IMG/VR virus record: IMGVR_UViG_3300010883_000007
Span: 32,001 to 96,000 of that record
Reading direction: 5' to 3' (one strand)
Origin: a virus
DNA: 64,000 nucleotides
The notes under the pieces were generated by a model. It saw nothing but the letters and a program-made list of their open reading frames with translations. It did not search any database and was not told the DNA's origin. The position numbers were made by a program, and so were the translations under genes. Position 1 is the first letter of the stretch, and each line of letters opens with the position of its first letter. Positions 18,809 through 29,176 of this stretch are shown one piece after another.

Positions 18809-19525
18809 TTACGCTGTGGGTCTTGTAATGGTCACAGTGAAGTCCTTTCGGTACCCCGACTGATTACCCACCACTGCAACAACGCTTGTGATTGTATTCT
18901 TGTCCCCGAGATTTCCGTAAATTGTAAAAATTGTGTCATCGAGGCCTGGTTGAAGAACTAGGTTAAATCTCACCTGGGCTCCGTTCTTATTGTTGACCCC
19001 GGTCTGCTCAACAAGATAGGATGATATCCTCGTTGTGGACTCAATATTAAAGGGTGACCGCCCCTCCACAGCCAGAAATCTATCAGGTGTCATAACAATA
19101 AAGGAGGTGTCTGAAACACCCTCAGGAATTCTGGTCTCGCCTTCAATTGTCTGCTCAAACACCACTTCACGGGAGGAATTATTGCTTGTATTAAATGCTA
19201 CTGTGTTTCCGGTGAGGCCCGCTGTCCCCTGCAGTGACACAGTTGGAAGGTTACGAACCGTTGGGTCAGGAAGGCTCAACATGCGAAACTTCTGCGCAAT
19301 ACCCGACTGTGTCTGGGCTTCGAAGATCGGCGTGTTCTTAATGATCTTCTCCTTACCCACAGTCCTTCCAAACTTTTCGATAATGGTGTAGTCGATCTCA
19401 TCGTCTGACAGAGAGAAGAAAGATATCATAAAGTCGCCCTTGTTAGCCGCCAAAAATTCTCTTCCGATATCTGTCAGGACAGCATCAACAATAATGTTAT
19501 TGGTTGAATGATCAAGGAATCCCAT
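18809..19525 (-). CDS. Tail/baseplate structural protein
   Basis: Start MGFLDH at 19525 with GGGGAG SD. DAVLTDIGREFLA...FSLSDDEIDY resembles the N-half of the DUF3751-like domain; paralog of 28171-29112. Confidence 0.7.
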   Translation of the reverse strand: MGFLDHSTNNIIVDAVLTDIGREFLAANKGDFMISFFSLSDDEIDYTIIEKFGRTVGKEKIIKNTPIFEAQTQSGIAQKFRMLSLPDPTVRNLPTVSLQGTAGLTGNTVAFNTSNNSSREVVFEQTIEGETRIPEGVSDTSFIVMTPDRFLAVEGRSPFNIESTTRISSYLVEQTGVNNKNGAQVRFNLVLQPGLDDTIFTIYGNLGDKNTITSVVAVVGNQSGYRKDFTVTITRPTA

Positions 19526-19526
19526 C

Positions 19527-19601
19527 TTATTTCTCCCCTTGAGACTTTCCTGCACTCCACAGGAGTGAATGTTTAAGTACTCTATAACCTCTTGATATCA
19601 C
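19527..19601 (-). CDS. Candidate 24-aa upstream peptide MISRGYRVLKHSLLWSAGKSQGEK
   Basis: AGGAG SD before a GTG start; its TAA ends 1 nt before the next ATG. Confidence 0.3.
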   Translation of the reverse strand: MISRGYRVLKHSLLWSAGKSQGEK

Positions 19602-19624
19602 GCTATTCTCCTAAACGCTTGCAG

Positions 19625-19632
19625 ATAAGTAT
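19625..19632 (-). promoter_or_regulatory. Candidate late promoter ATACTTAT
   Basis: Lies in a large intergenic gap of the tail block; overlaps a TTTACG-17-TATACT sigma70-like site. Confidence 0.55.
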
Positions 19633-19683
19633 AATGAATATTAGCTAGACCGTAAACAGTATCTGCTGATATGAATCTTATCC

Positions 19684-21498
19684 TCATCGTCGCACACGAC
19701 GCTGTGTCTGTCGATCTCTGAGGTTTATTGTCACTGTTCGAGCCTTCTGCCGGTCCACATTGATTATCTGGAATTTGTAAAGACCCTTGTCTCTGTCCGT
19801 TGCCAGAAGCTTTAAGTCCTCACCATGTTCGCCTCGAACTGTTAAGTATTCAGGATCTAGATAAATTCGCATGCTTTGATGACCGCTGTCCTTCATAACG
19901 TCCTCGGTTATCCTATTTGTCGTGATATTTTTCGAAAGAGTTGGACTCACAAACATGTTGGGATACTGCTTAGGAGCGCCCGGTCTGGATATATTTTCTA
20001 ACTTGAGAGAGTTGGTCATCCTGTCAAAGTACACTCTTGTTTGTGCACCGTAATTGGATGTAAGGCTGTGAGCATCAATTGAGCACACTGTGTAGATAAA
20101 GTCGCTGTCCCTATCAAAATCAGCGTCAATAAAGTAGGTTCTGCTTCCAGGGAGCATATGATTTATACTCTCATCGACTGATTCGTTGGTATGTGACTTA
20201 ATCTCAGAGTCATCAAAGTCAAGCTGCGCAATTATTGTAAAAGGCTCTTCTATGTTTTTTCTACGAAAAACCTGGAACTTCTTAACATCTCGCTGGGATG
20301 ATACTGGGAACTGCCAATTGATGTTTAAACCTGAGGACTCGGGCATGTAGTAGTAGAAAATGCCATCAGGCTCTGGGGGCGGCACATGTTCAACACACTG
20401 GACCACCACTTGTGGGCTTGGGCGGGACTTGACTAAAGCCCGTGCGAGATAAGTTCCTGCAGCCCTTCGACGAGTGGCATTCTGCCAATATGTTGCTTCA
20501 ACAATAAACACAGCGCTGACAGTGTATGCGTACGACATACCGTATTTTAACTTGGAATCAATTGCGCTGGACACATGGGAGCCATTCATGTACATCCTCG
20601 TCTGTCTTCCTCGTGTGCCGTCAGAAAGTATCTCGTACTTGTCAATTACATAGCCTACAGCGCCTACTTCTGGTAGGCGAGAGTGTGTCACAAGAAGCTC
20701 TTGAAAGGTCCTTAAGTTTGGATCATAATCTACATCAATGTTTATCTCAGAATTTGTATTCTGTCTGGCACTGCCCTGTCTTCTTACTAAGTAATCTGAT
20801 CTCAATCCCTGTGATATCCCTGAGGCAGCTAAGGGATTGGCATACATCTGTCGGCTTATGTCGCCCAAAAATCTCTCGTCTGATTTCACTGTGAAACGAA
20901 AGTTAGACTGACTGGCTAGTGTGTCAGTCACTATCTTCTCTCCCACCTCGTTAACAAACGCAATTCCCTGCTCCTCCCGATCCAAAAGCAGCTCAAGAAT
21001 TTGCTCCCCGGGGACCTCGTCAGGTGTTAGCGCGTTGATTGCCTCAGCGATCTCTGTCTGAGATGCACTTCCCTCTAGAGACGCATCTTTAACCCGATCC
21101 CTCATAAACTCATCCAATAGATCCTGCAGGCGGCGCTTAATGCCTGTGTCCTGAATTGTCATTCGCTTTTGAAAGGGAATCGAGATCTGATCCTCTGCTT
21201 GAATTCTGTATCTGTACTTCTGAACAAGGCCACTTCGTGCCTCAGCGTCATACCGCCCATGATTAACTCGAATGGTTGGCCAATCAAGTCGAATGTATCT
21301 GGGCACTGTCTTTTCCGTTGTTTTATTGTCTATCAGCGCTTGTCGGCTCTCTGTTACCTCTCCGTAGGCAGCAGTAGCGCCAGAATCACTTACCTTCTCG
21401 TCTTTTACGAAAAAGTTATAGACAAAATTTGCTGTTATGCGAACTGGATCCGGAAAATTTGCGACACAGATCTCTTTAGATGGATAGCTCTCAGACAT
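19684..21498 (-). CDS. Virion structural protein with FN3-like domains
   Basis: PPPEP...LNINWQFP...VKKFQVFRRK...FID...FIYTVCSID and YGMSYAYTVSA patterns. Confidence 0.6.
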   Translation of the reverse strand: MSESYPSKEICVANFPDPVRITANFVYNFFVKDEKVSDSGATAAYGEVTESRQALIDNKTTEKTVPRYIRLDWPTIRVNHGRYDAEARSGLVQKYRYRIQAEDQISIPFQKRMTIQDTGIKRRLQDLLDEFMRDRVKDASLEGSASQTEIAEAINALTPDEVPGEQILELLLDREEQGIAFVNEVGEKIVTDTLASQSNFRFTVKSDERFLGDISRQMYANPLAASGISQGLRSDYLVRRQGSARQNTNSEINIDVDYDPNLRTFQELLVTHSRLPEVGAVGYVIDKYEILSDGTRGRQTRMYMNGSHVSSAIDSKLKYGMSYAYTVSAVFIVEATYWQNATRRRAAGTYLARALVKSRPSPQVVVQCVEHVPPPEPDGIFYYYMPESSGLNINWQFPVSSQRDVKKFQVFRRKNIEEPFTIIAQLDFDDSEIKSHTNESVDESINHMLPGSRTYFIDADFDRDSDFIYTVCSIDAHSLTSNYGAQTRVYFDRMTNSLKLENISRPGAPKQYPNMFVSPTLSKNITTNRITEDVMKDSGHQSMRIYLDPEYLTVRGEHGEDLKLLATDRDKGLYKFQIINVDRQKARTVTINLRDRQTQRRVRR

Positions 21499-21509
21499 AT
21501 GTCACTTTC

Positions 21510-24500
21510 CTAACCCACCAGGTCAACTTCACAGTAGTATCCATTGATGTCTCCTTTCATCCAGTTTTTATAATAGTGTTGACGAACTTGCCACTGGGTG
21601 TGGCGCTGTGCGAATCCAGCGTAATCCCGAGACTCGATCATGATATTAAAGATTCTATCAAACTGAGAGGGGCTTAGGACACGTTCACGGCGGAGACGAG
21701 GTGTTAAGAGGCTTGATTTAGAAAGCATTAACCCTGCTCGAAGAGAATCTTTCTTTATCTCTGGAGGCTTTCGGGTTGTTATCGTCGTTCCAAACTCATT
21801 GCGGGTGCGCTCCCATCGTGATCTCAACATATGAGACAAAGTCGAACCGGTCTGGCACTTCAAATAGTCTACACCATTAACACGCTCTTGCACAAATATT
21901 CTATTGAATGTTGTTCCTGTAATATCCAACAATTCAGCTATCTCATCCTTGCCAAGTAACTTACTCAATCTATCTCGTGTCTCTTTGTCTAACATGGGAT
22001 TCAAGAGATTGCCCTGGAAGAGGAAATTCTTCTCATTTAACGGAAGACCTGAGACTTCGTAGATCATCAGCTCATACAGATGACTCTTCATGTGATTGTT
22101 GAGAATAGGCGCCACTGAGGGATCTTCTTTTCTTAGATCAGCCCCCAGATTAGCTGAGATTATTCTTCCTGATCGAATCCTATACCAGACAGATGTGTCG
22201 ACAATGATCTGAAGAGATAGGGCTCCCTGATTTACCCCTTGTATCTCCTCAGACACACGAATAGAATCTGGAAGAAGAAAGAGCTCAGTGTCAAACTGGA
22301 ACTCTAGAGGAGTCCACGAAGAAAGGCCGGTGTGAAGCTCACTCACCCGGTGGACACGTATGCTAACACCTGATGCATCCGGATCAGCAAAGTCAACCGA
22401 GGCACCCCCGTCGCCGTCTAATACAGGACGTCGGAGTGCTCTCATCATTCCCACAGGAAGGCCTACTGAAAGGACTATACCATCACCCGGGTATGTAATA
22501 TCAGCAACGTGTGGCCCAGCAGCAAAGTTGTTCACAGCCAATCTCTGGGCTGGTGTTAATATCAAGTCGGACTCTAGTTGAGCTGCAGTTAAACTATTGG
22601 GGTCAGACCTCATCTTATCAACTAACTTGAGGCTCGTCTGATCTGGCGTTAAATATTTGAGTGACTGACGTCCGGAAGGGCTCTTGGCTAGGCGGACCAG
22701 TGCTTCATGGACATCTGAGGTTAACTCAGAGTCCTCCTTCTGGGTAACTTCTGGATCAGATAGAGCACTGTAAACCTGACTTGATAAATCAGAGGCTCGG
22801 AGAATCTCATTGCCAGTAGCTTTCAAGAGAGACACAATCATCTTTATGAACTTTCGGTGATTTATTGCTGATGTCATCATGCTCGTCAGCTCATCGGCTA
22901 CAACCTTTTGTGCACCCTTACCCAAGAATGATGTTGTTCTAGTTACAGACGGGACTGATGCTGATTCTCCACTATCTAGCCACATTGTATCTAGAGCTAC
23001 ACCTGACTGAGTTGTTAGAATCAGGGACTCCAGAAAGTCTCTTAATTTTCGAAAACTGGGTGGGTGCCATGCAATTGTACATCGGGGTGAGTGAGCCGCG
23101 GTCAGGGTCCGTCTGTACCCATATGGGTGATTAGTCTGATAATATATCTTGAAAAAGTGGCTTGAGAGAGACATTAGAATCTCTTGAACCACAGCTACGA
23201 TCATATTATCATCCCACTTATTAAATCTCGTATAACCGCTCGCATCTAGATAAGAGGCAGAGGACTTCTCCCGCTGAGCCAGATTCATTGCCTCCCGCTG
23301 GAGCTCTCTAGCTATCTGGACCGGTGATTCCATAAGGCTCATATCATCCGGGTTGTCAGCAGATCTCATGTTTCCGACAGGAGCAAACTTTCCTGTTTTT
23401 GTCCAGCCCTTAGCTGCAGTAACGTTTGTGGTGATGGTTTGTGCAGAAACAGAGCTACCTATATTTGCTAACTGCCACTCTAAGGCATTGCCCCTGGCCA
23501 TGTCAAATATAGCTTCAATATCATTTTGTGAAGCACCTAAATCTCCTGCCTGTGTTCTATTAGGCACATAACTCTTATCAGTTAACTGTTGATCAAACTC
23601 TTCCCTAAATCTCAGTGTTACACCCAACAGGCTCTCTCGGGCGGACACCTGGCCAACAGCTGTCCTTGCTCGATATGTGGCTGAGGTGTTGGAGGAACAA
23701 TTAGCATAGAGGGCTGCTGAAGTATACGTTACGCGAGGAATATTGCCTGACTCAAATGTCTCAGACATGAATGAAGCCACTTTATGGAGCTCTGATAAAC
23801 ACCTTACTAGCACTCCCTGGGGAGTTAGCGGCATTTCTTTCTCACCCAATGCAAGAAGCTCTTCCAAGTAGTTGCTAACATCCTGTGTGGTATCAGATAA
23901 TTTCGATGCGTAACTCATGTACGAATCAACGTGATTCCCACCGGGAAATCTTAGGGGGCCCTCGACAAAGAAGTCTGCACCCGATGTTAGGGTTTTCCCT
24001 GAGGCTCTCACGGGAGCTGCTTCAAAAGGTAGTACAGTCCTCTGGGCATTATTCTGTGTCTCGTTCAGAACAATAAAGTCTGCCAAGCTTCCGGGTTTTG
24101 TTGTCATTGATGTGATGTCAATATTACTCACAGACGTCGAGATCCCAAGTGCACCCAGCACTGGGTTTTCCTGAGTTACACCAAACCTATTTCCAATGGG
24201 CATTCCAGACAGACGACCTATGCCAGCTGAGACTGTTAGCTCATTAGAGAGCAGCGTTGCTAACACAAGGGCTCTATCTAAACCAGTAAGTGGGCCAGAA
24301 GAAATATTCCCCCCTGCGGTATTACCTGTTCCAGCACCCATGGGGGACTTTATACCAGATCGATTCCCGATGTGTGCGCAATCTAACTGATGCCTTTGAC
24401 CTGGAGGAGCAATGTGCCTGCTGGATAATCTTGTAGCACCGGGATCTGTACGGTGTTGCCCATGATCTATCATTGTTGGATAGACACCGGTTATTGCAGA

Positions 24501-25172
24501 CGAAAGCTCCCGAAGAAGTGTTGCGTAGGTCTTCGAATTAGAAAAAGCCCTGACAGTCTGCCCCTGGAATCCACACCAAGACTCTAGAAGCTCGTCTACA
24601 GTGCTTGGGAAGGTCGTTGATGCTGCCTCATCCGGGTCCAATCCCTCACTGAGAATATCTTTTGCTGACGCCATCAGTGTCTCTGAGTTTCCGCGGAGGT
24701 TCAAAACCTTGACTACTTCATCAATTGCGTATCTCACTGTTCTCAGCGACTCAATCTCACTAGTGAGTTTATCAGCCTCCTGGATCTGCTCTTCTGTTAG
24801 CTCAGTGTAGATTCCGTCGGGATCTTGATCCTGAATTGCCTTGAACCCAGATTCAATCTGAGCGTATCTCAAACCGGCCTCGAATCTTCTACTGTCTAGG
24901 AGACTCAGCACAAGAGGCGCATCTGAAAATTCCGACATCTCTACAGAGGCTATTATCTCAGGTCTTACAGCAGACATTGACATGTCTAGCAGATCTTTCA
25001 CTGATGCGTTGGTCTCCAGATTTATTCTCTTGGGTGCAGTTACTGCCTGAATCTGGGCTTCCGCGGGGAACGGCTCTATTTCAGAGTTGAGTCCTTCCAC
25101 TTCGACATGTGGTTCTGGGGCATTATCCCTCTCATTCGAAACTGCACTTGAGTTTGGAAAACCTCGAGGCAT
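21510..25172 (-). CDS. Large hypothetical (probably virion) protein
   Basis: 1220-aa ORF coupled (TAATG overlap) to the upstream gene inside the tail block; no recognised motif. Confidence 0.65.
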   Translation of the reverse strand: MPRGFPNSSAVSNERDNAPEPHVEVEGLNSEIEPFPAEAQIQAVTAPKRINLETNASVKDLLDMSMSAVRPEIIASVEMSEFSDAPLVLSLLDSRRFEAGLRYAQIESGFKAIQDQDPDGIYTELTEEQIQEADKLTSEIESLRTVRYAIDEVVKVLNLRGNSETLMASAKDILSEGLDPDEAASTTFPSTVDELLESWCGFQGQTVRAFSNSKTYATLLRELSSAITGVYPTMIDHGQHRTDPGATRLSSRHIAPPGQRHQLDCAHIGNRSGIKSPMGAGTGNTAGGNISSGPLTGLDRALVLATLLSNELTVSAGIGRLSGMPIGNRFGVTQENPVLGALGISTSVSNIDITSMTTKPGSLADFIVLNETQNNAQRTVLPFEAAPVRASGKTLTSGADFFVEGPLRFPGGNHVDSYMSYASKLSDTTQDVSNYLEELLALGEKEMPLTPQGVLVRCLSELHKVASFMSETFESGNIPRVTYTSAALYANCSSNTSATYRARTAVGQVSARESLLGVTLRFREEFDQQLTDKSYVPNRTQAGDLGASQNDIEAIFDMARGNALEWQLANIGSSVSAQTITTNVTAAKGWTKTGKFAPVGNMRSADNPDDMSLMESPVQIARELQREAMNLAQREKSSASYLDASGYTRFNKWDDNMIVAVVQEILMSLSSHFFKIYYQTNHPYGYRRTLTAAHSPRCTIAWHPPSFRKLRDFLESLILTTQSGVALDTMWLDSGESASVPSVTRTTSFLGKGAQKVVADELTSMMTSAINHRKFIKMIVSLLKATGNEILRASDLSSQVYSALSDPEVTQKEDSELTSDVHEALVRLAKSPSGRQSLKYLTPDQTSLKLVDKMRSDPNSLTAAQLESDLILTPAQRLAVNNFAAGPHVADITYPGDGIVLSVGLPVGMMRALRRPVLDGDGGASVDFADPDASGVSIRVHRVSELHTGLSSWTPLEFQFDTELFLLPDSIRVSEEIQGVNQGALSLQIIVDTSVWYRIRSGRIISANLGADLRKEDPSVAPILNNHMKSHLYELMIYEVSGLPLNEKNFLFQGNLLNPMLDKETRDRLSKLLGKDEIAELLDITGTTFNRIFVQERVNGVDYLKCQTGSTLSHMLRSRWERTRNEFGTTITTRKPPEIKKDSLRAGLMLSKSSLLTPRLRRERVLSPSQFDRIFNIMIESRDYAGFAQRHTQWQVRQHYYKNWMKGDINGYYCEVDLVG

Positions 25173-28162
25173 TATTCAGAATCCTTCACTAGCTTGGGAA
25201 TTTTCTCAAATCTTCTAGGCTTCTTGATCTTTGGCATCGAGCGGGGACGACGTTTAAGATTCTCTAGAAGTTCTGGGGGCATTGATCTCGTGCGTGTGAT
25301 AGTCACAGGTTTAGACTGCTTTATTCTAGAGCAGTCTTCAAGCATTGCACCCACCACGTACTCTACCTTGCCTACACGCCCAGAGAGCCGTCTATCAGTA
25401 TACTTGAACTTATGACTACCCCCGTCATCACTATTCATAATCCTGGCTAACACACCAAACGATCCTTTATATCTAGCAAAAATAAAGAAGCACTCGATTC
25501 GTTCGACAGCACCCTGGACCTCCCATGTAATAAGATTCTGGCCCCGGGAGGTTCTGGATCCCTTGATGTTCCCAATAGTTGGAGGTGGATTGGGCACTGT
25601 AACGTCTGTGTAAATCTCAATTCCTGTCATTCCCTGCTGCATGAGGGCTGAAATACTCTGAGATGATCCTTTCTTCAGTTCTGTATCACTGGGTAACACA
25701 CCGGGTGTTGTACCAAAAGCGTATAGGAATTTTTGCGCTAACACCTTTGTTTTGTCTGGCTGCGATCCTCCTGTTCCCTGGGCATGTTGTACCGGTATTG
25801 TAGTCATAGCTTCTCTAAAGAGTGCCTCAGGAGGTCGTAGACAGAGTTTTGCAATGTATCTATACGAGTGACCTGGCCTCAGAGGAGAGTTTTTATTATC
25901 GATCTGTGTCGATGTATTGTCAACAAACTTACCTGATGAGCTTAATCCTAACATCTCTCGGCGGCCGGTCTTAAGATCAAGTCGCTCTATAACATAGGCA
26001 GCAATTTCACTAACTCTATCACGATCTTTCTTCACCTCATCAATAAATGCCTGTGATACTCCCGAAGACTCGAGAATCTTGGCAAGTGCTTCTAACCCTT
26101 CGTGTGTGGGTTTTGTAGTAATAACAAAGGAAACCTCGTGGCCACCTAACTTAGAATTTTGATTTTTGTGATCGAGTAGGCTAGTCTCTCGTATGCCAGT
26201 TTTAACCGGCACGACTATCTGTGGTCTCCTGTGAACTATTACTTCGTCTCCGGTAGCCTCGACTGAAGGTCCAAATCTCATTCGAAGCTCAGCGCAGTAT
26301 CGATACTTCTTGAGTGGTATCACATCAAGATCATCAAATCTCACACTCTTTTCGCCCTTGGGTATCATGATAACTGTTTTGTCTGTTCCATACTCCTTGA
26401 TAGGGCGGAGTGGCCTGCTACTATTGGACACGAAAGAATCAGCAGACAGGTCTTCTCTCAATAGCGTTACAGCTATAGCCGCTGATGGGAGACGAGTGAT
26501 ATCTACTACAATTCTATCATAGTCATTTCTCGCGTGGATTGATACATGGGTCTCCTCGCTAACTGACGCAGAACCGGTGCCGGCTATGGGCTGAAGGCTC
26601 TTGACTACGACTGAATTGTACTCCTCTGATATTCGTCCTGTAGGGCCTATACTACATGCTCTATAAACATTTACTGTCGTTCCCACATTGTCTACACCGG
26701 TGTCTGTTATAAGCTCTGGGCCCATGCCTACTGTGAGGTCTGCTAAAACAACTGTCTTATATTTGCCTTCATTATCAGAACCTAAATTACTCGTTTGAGG
26801 ATTGGATACTTTTCTCTGGACCAGTACTTTTGTCCCAACGGGATCCTGCTGTGTTACTGTTAGGATATTTCTGCCGCGCATGCGCGCGCTAGACACTATA
26901 TCTGGGGGTGTCACAGGTGTCAGAAGCTCCTCTGTCTGTGCCCTGTGGCGTACGCGATACACTCTGCTCATAAACGGCTCGAGTCTCTTCCGGCCGGCTA
27001 TCTGTTTAATCCTCATAAGAGTGATCTCCCAGTAGAGAACGGGAGTTATGCCAGTTGTCTTAATAGGGACTGAAACAGTTCGTTCAACCTCAATCAGCCT
27101 CGACTCAAATTTGACAATGGCGGGCGGTGGAGGAGGGGTCCATGCTGTTGACTTCGCAGTCTCGACATCCGGATTTTTTCCCCTGATTGGCTCAGGCGCA
27201 GATTCTAGCTTAGTTGCCTGCTGAACGATGGCTGCAATTGCTGGCGACCATATGGAGTTTCTTCCAGTAGAGAACTTTGGAGGTGATAAGACTGGAGATT
27301 GACGCATTAGTGAGATTCTTGGGCCAGGGCGGCCGTGCCCCTGCCTCTTTTTCCTCCTTTGCTTCGTATTCTTTCGATTCTTTCTCTCGTTTCGACGCGT
27401 GGGAGTGCTGACAGTTATGCCTCCCAGCTTACTGCCTGAAATTCCTGCGGCAGGGTGTTGTGTCAGAGCAAAACTAGAAGGATCCTTCTTCTCCTGATGA
27501 AGGGCACTAAGAGCGAGTCGGTGAAATGATCCACCATCAGTTGTGCCGGCTTTGGAGCCTCGAATCATATTCTCATCAACTTTAAGATTAGAAGCAGCTC
27601 GTCCAACTCCTGAGACTTCTTTCTCTTTTAAGTCCTCCTCAGGCTCGTCTGTAACATATGTGTACACCTCAGGCTCAGGCTCTTTTCCCTCCTCCTGAAA
27701 CCTTTTGAACTTCTCGAGGTCTTCCAGGCTTAGCTCGGCTCGAAGATTCACAACTGTCCCACCCAGGGACCGCTTTTTCCGGCGCTTCTGGGAAACTACA
27801 TGTGCCACAGGATTTTCAGCCTGATTTGTAGGGCCTGGTTCCTGCTCCTTCATCGAGCCTATCATCTTGTGAACAGCTGCTCTTGATGTGTCAGTACTCC
27901 CAGACGATGTCTCACGGTTGGGATCCTCACTGTATACTTGAATTGATATATACTTGACATTATTAGAGAGCGCCAAAAGGGAGTTTATGTAGAATTCTGT
28001 CTCATATATGAATTCCCCCTTTGCAGAGAGGATTCCCTCCCCGGGCTCTCGAGTATTGGGCTCTTCCTCGAGATCTTCAAGCATTGCCAAGCCACGTTCA
28101 TGATCAACAACAAAAATATCATCAAAACTAGCAGACTGTGCTTCATCATGTGTAAGCCTCAT
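25172..28162 (-). CDS. Large structural protein with FN3-like repeats and basic patches
   Basis: Repeated F.D..V.P...YRY...L motifs; K/R-rich stretches; GGAG SD. Confidence 0.6.
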   Translation of the reverse strand: MRLTHDEAQSASFDDIFVVDHERGLAMLEDLEEEPNTREPGEGILSAKGEFIYETEFYINSLLALSNNVKYISIQVYSEDPNRETSSGSTDTSRAAVHKMIGSMKEQEPGPTNQAENPVAHVVSQKRRKKRSLGGTVVNLRAELSLEDLEKFKRFQEEGKEPEPEVYTYVTDEPEEDLKEKEVSGVGRAASNLKVDENMIRGSKAGTTDGGSFHRLALSALHQEKKDPSSFALTQHPAAGISGSKLGGITVSTPTRRNERKNRKNTKQRRKKRQGHGRPGPRISLMRQSPVLSPPKFSTGRNSIWSPAIAAIVQQATKLESAPEPIRGKNPDVETAKSTAWTPPPPPAIVKFESRLIEVERTVSVPIKTTGITPVLYWEITLMRIKQIAGRKRLEPFMSRVYRVRHRAQTEELLTPVTPPDIVSSARMRGRNILTVTQQDPVGTKVLVQRKVSNPQTSNLGSDNEGKYKTVVLADLTVGMGPELITDTGVDNVGTTVNVYRACSIGPTGRISEEYNSVVVKSLQPIAGTGSASVSEETHVSIHARNDYDRIVVDITRLPSAAIAVTLLREDLSADSFVSNSSRPLRPIKEYGTDKTVIMIPKGEKSVRFDDLDVIPLKKYRYCAELRMRFGPSVEATGDEVIVHRRPQIVVPVKTGIRETSLLDHKNQNSKLGGHEVSFVITTKPTHEGLEALAKILESSGVSQAFIDEVKKDRDRVSEIAAYVIERLDLKTGRREMLGLSSSGKFVDNTSTQIDNKNSPLRPGHSYRYIAKLCLRPPEALFREAMTTIPVQHAQGTGGSQPDKTKVLAQKFLYAFGTTPGVLPSDTELKKGSSQSISALMQQGMTGIEIYTDVTVPNPPPTIGNIKGSRTSRGQNLITWEVQGAVERIECFFIFARYKGSFGVLARIMNSDDGGSHKFKYTDRRLSGRVGKVEYVVGAMLEDCSRIKQSKPVTITRTRSMPPELLENLKRRPRSMPKIKKPRRFEKIPKLVKDSE

Positions 28163-28170
28163 ATAAACTC

Positions 28171-29112
28171 CTAGTCCAGAATAACTGTGAACATGTTAAC
28201 AAATGTTGACGAGCCAAAGTGATCTTCCATAACCTTGCCCAGAAAGAAAACTCTTTTTCCCGGGGAAGCAGGATCCTCATCAGGAAACTCTCCAAAATCA
28301 ATAATTGAAAGCTTCTGAATCCCCTCGTGACGAAACTCGAAAGGTTGTATTACGATATTATTGTCCCGAGATGTATCAGTGAAATTAATGTCCACCCAGG
28401 GCTTCCCCTTGAGATCTTCCTGTAAAGCCTGCAGCGTCATGTGATTGGCCTGACTTAGGTTGACATACCTTCCCAACAATCTTCCGGTGCCTTCGCCCAA
28501 CATGGGAGGATTTCTGGGCGGTAGGTATTTATAGTTCGGAAGGTGGGAGAGACGTTTGTCCTGAAAGAGGCTCTCGATGGACGAGATTGATGCCTCCTTT
28601 ATCTTTCCCTGCTCAATGGGTGATGAATCAGTTATCTCGAATGTAACGTTCTCCTGATTAATCAGGAAATCAGTTGAGTCCGCAAAGGGATCTGTCTGCC
28701 CAATAATCATCTGATCAGTGAAATTCTTGGTCACATTGTCCACTATCTTTTCAGACAGGGACGAGTATTGGCTTCCCGTTAGGAGGGTCGATGATGCAGA
28801 GTCAGCGTAACTGAACGAGCCTGTCACTACATTTGTTCCGTCCAAATCAAAATCTGCTGTCCGAAAGGGCTTCATAGTACCCTGGGGCGTTGTCTCTACA
28901 ACTATTAGATCCTGGGCCCGGCCGGAGGCCTCGAAGAAAATACGACCATCAGCAGCTGCTGCAACACCGTCGAGATCCTTACTGTAAAAAGTGTCTCTGT
29001 CTGAGAAGGTCGCGTACTTTATCTGCAGTTCACCGTTAGCCGCTTGCTCACGGCCCTGCTCAGTGATTATGAAATCGATCACACGGGTCTTGCTGTTAAG
29101 AATTCCGGCCAT
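28171..29112 (-). CDS. Tail/baseplate structural protein, paralog of 18809-19525
   Basis: MAGILNSKTRVIDFIITEQGREQAANG...YATFSDRDTFY. Confidence 0.7.
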   Translation of the reverse strand: MAGILNSKTRVIDFIITEQGREQAANGELQIKYATFSDRDTFYSKDLDGVAAAADGRIFFEASGRAQDLIVVETTPQGTMKPFRTADFDLDGTNVVTGSFSYADSASSTLLTGSQYSSLSEKIVDNVTKNFTDQMIIGQTDPFADSTDFLINQENVTFEITDSSPIEQGKIKEASISSIESLFQDKRLSHLPNYKYLPPRNPPMLGEGTGRLLGRYVNLSQANHMTLQALQEDLKGKPWVDINFTDTSRDNNIVIQPFEFRHEGIQKLSIIDFGEFPDEDPASPGKRVFFLGKVMEDHFGSSTFVNMFTVILD

Positions 29113-29176
29113 GTCTAGTAACTATCCCAACTATAAAATGTCAGACCCATCGATTGTGAGATTCCAAAAGTCATCC

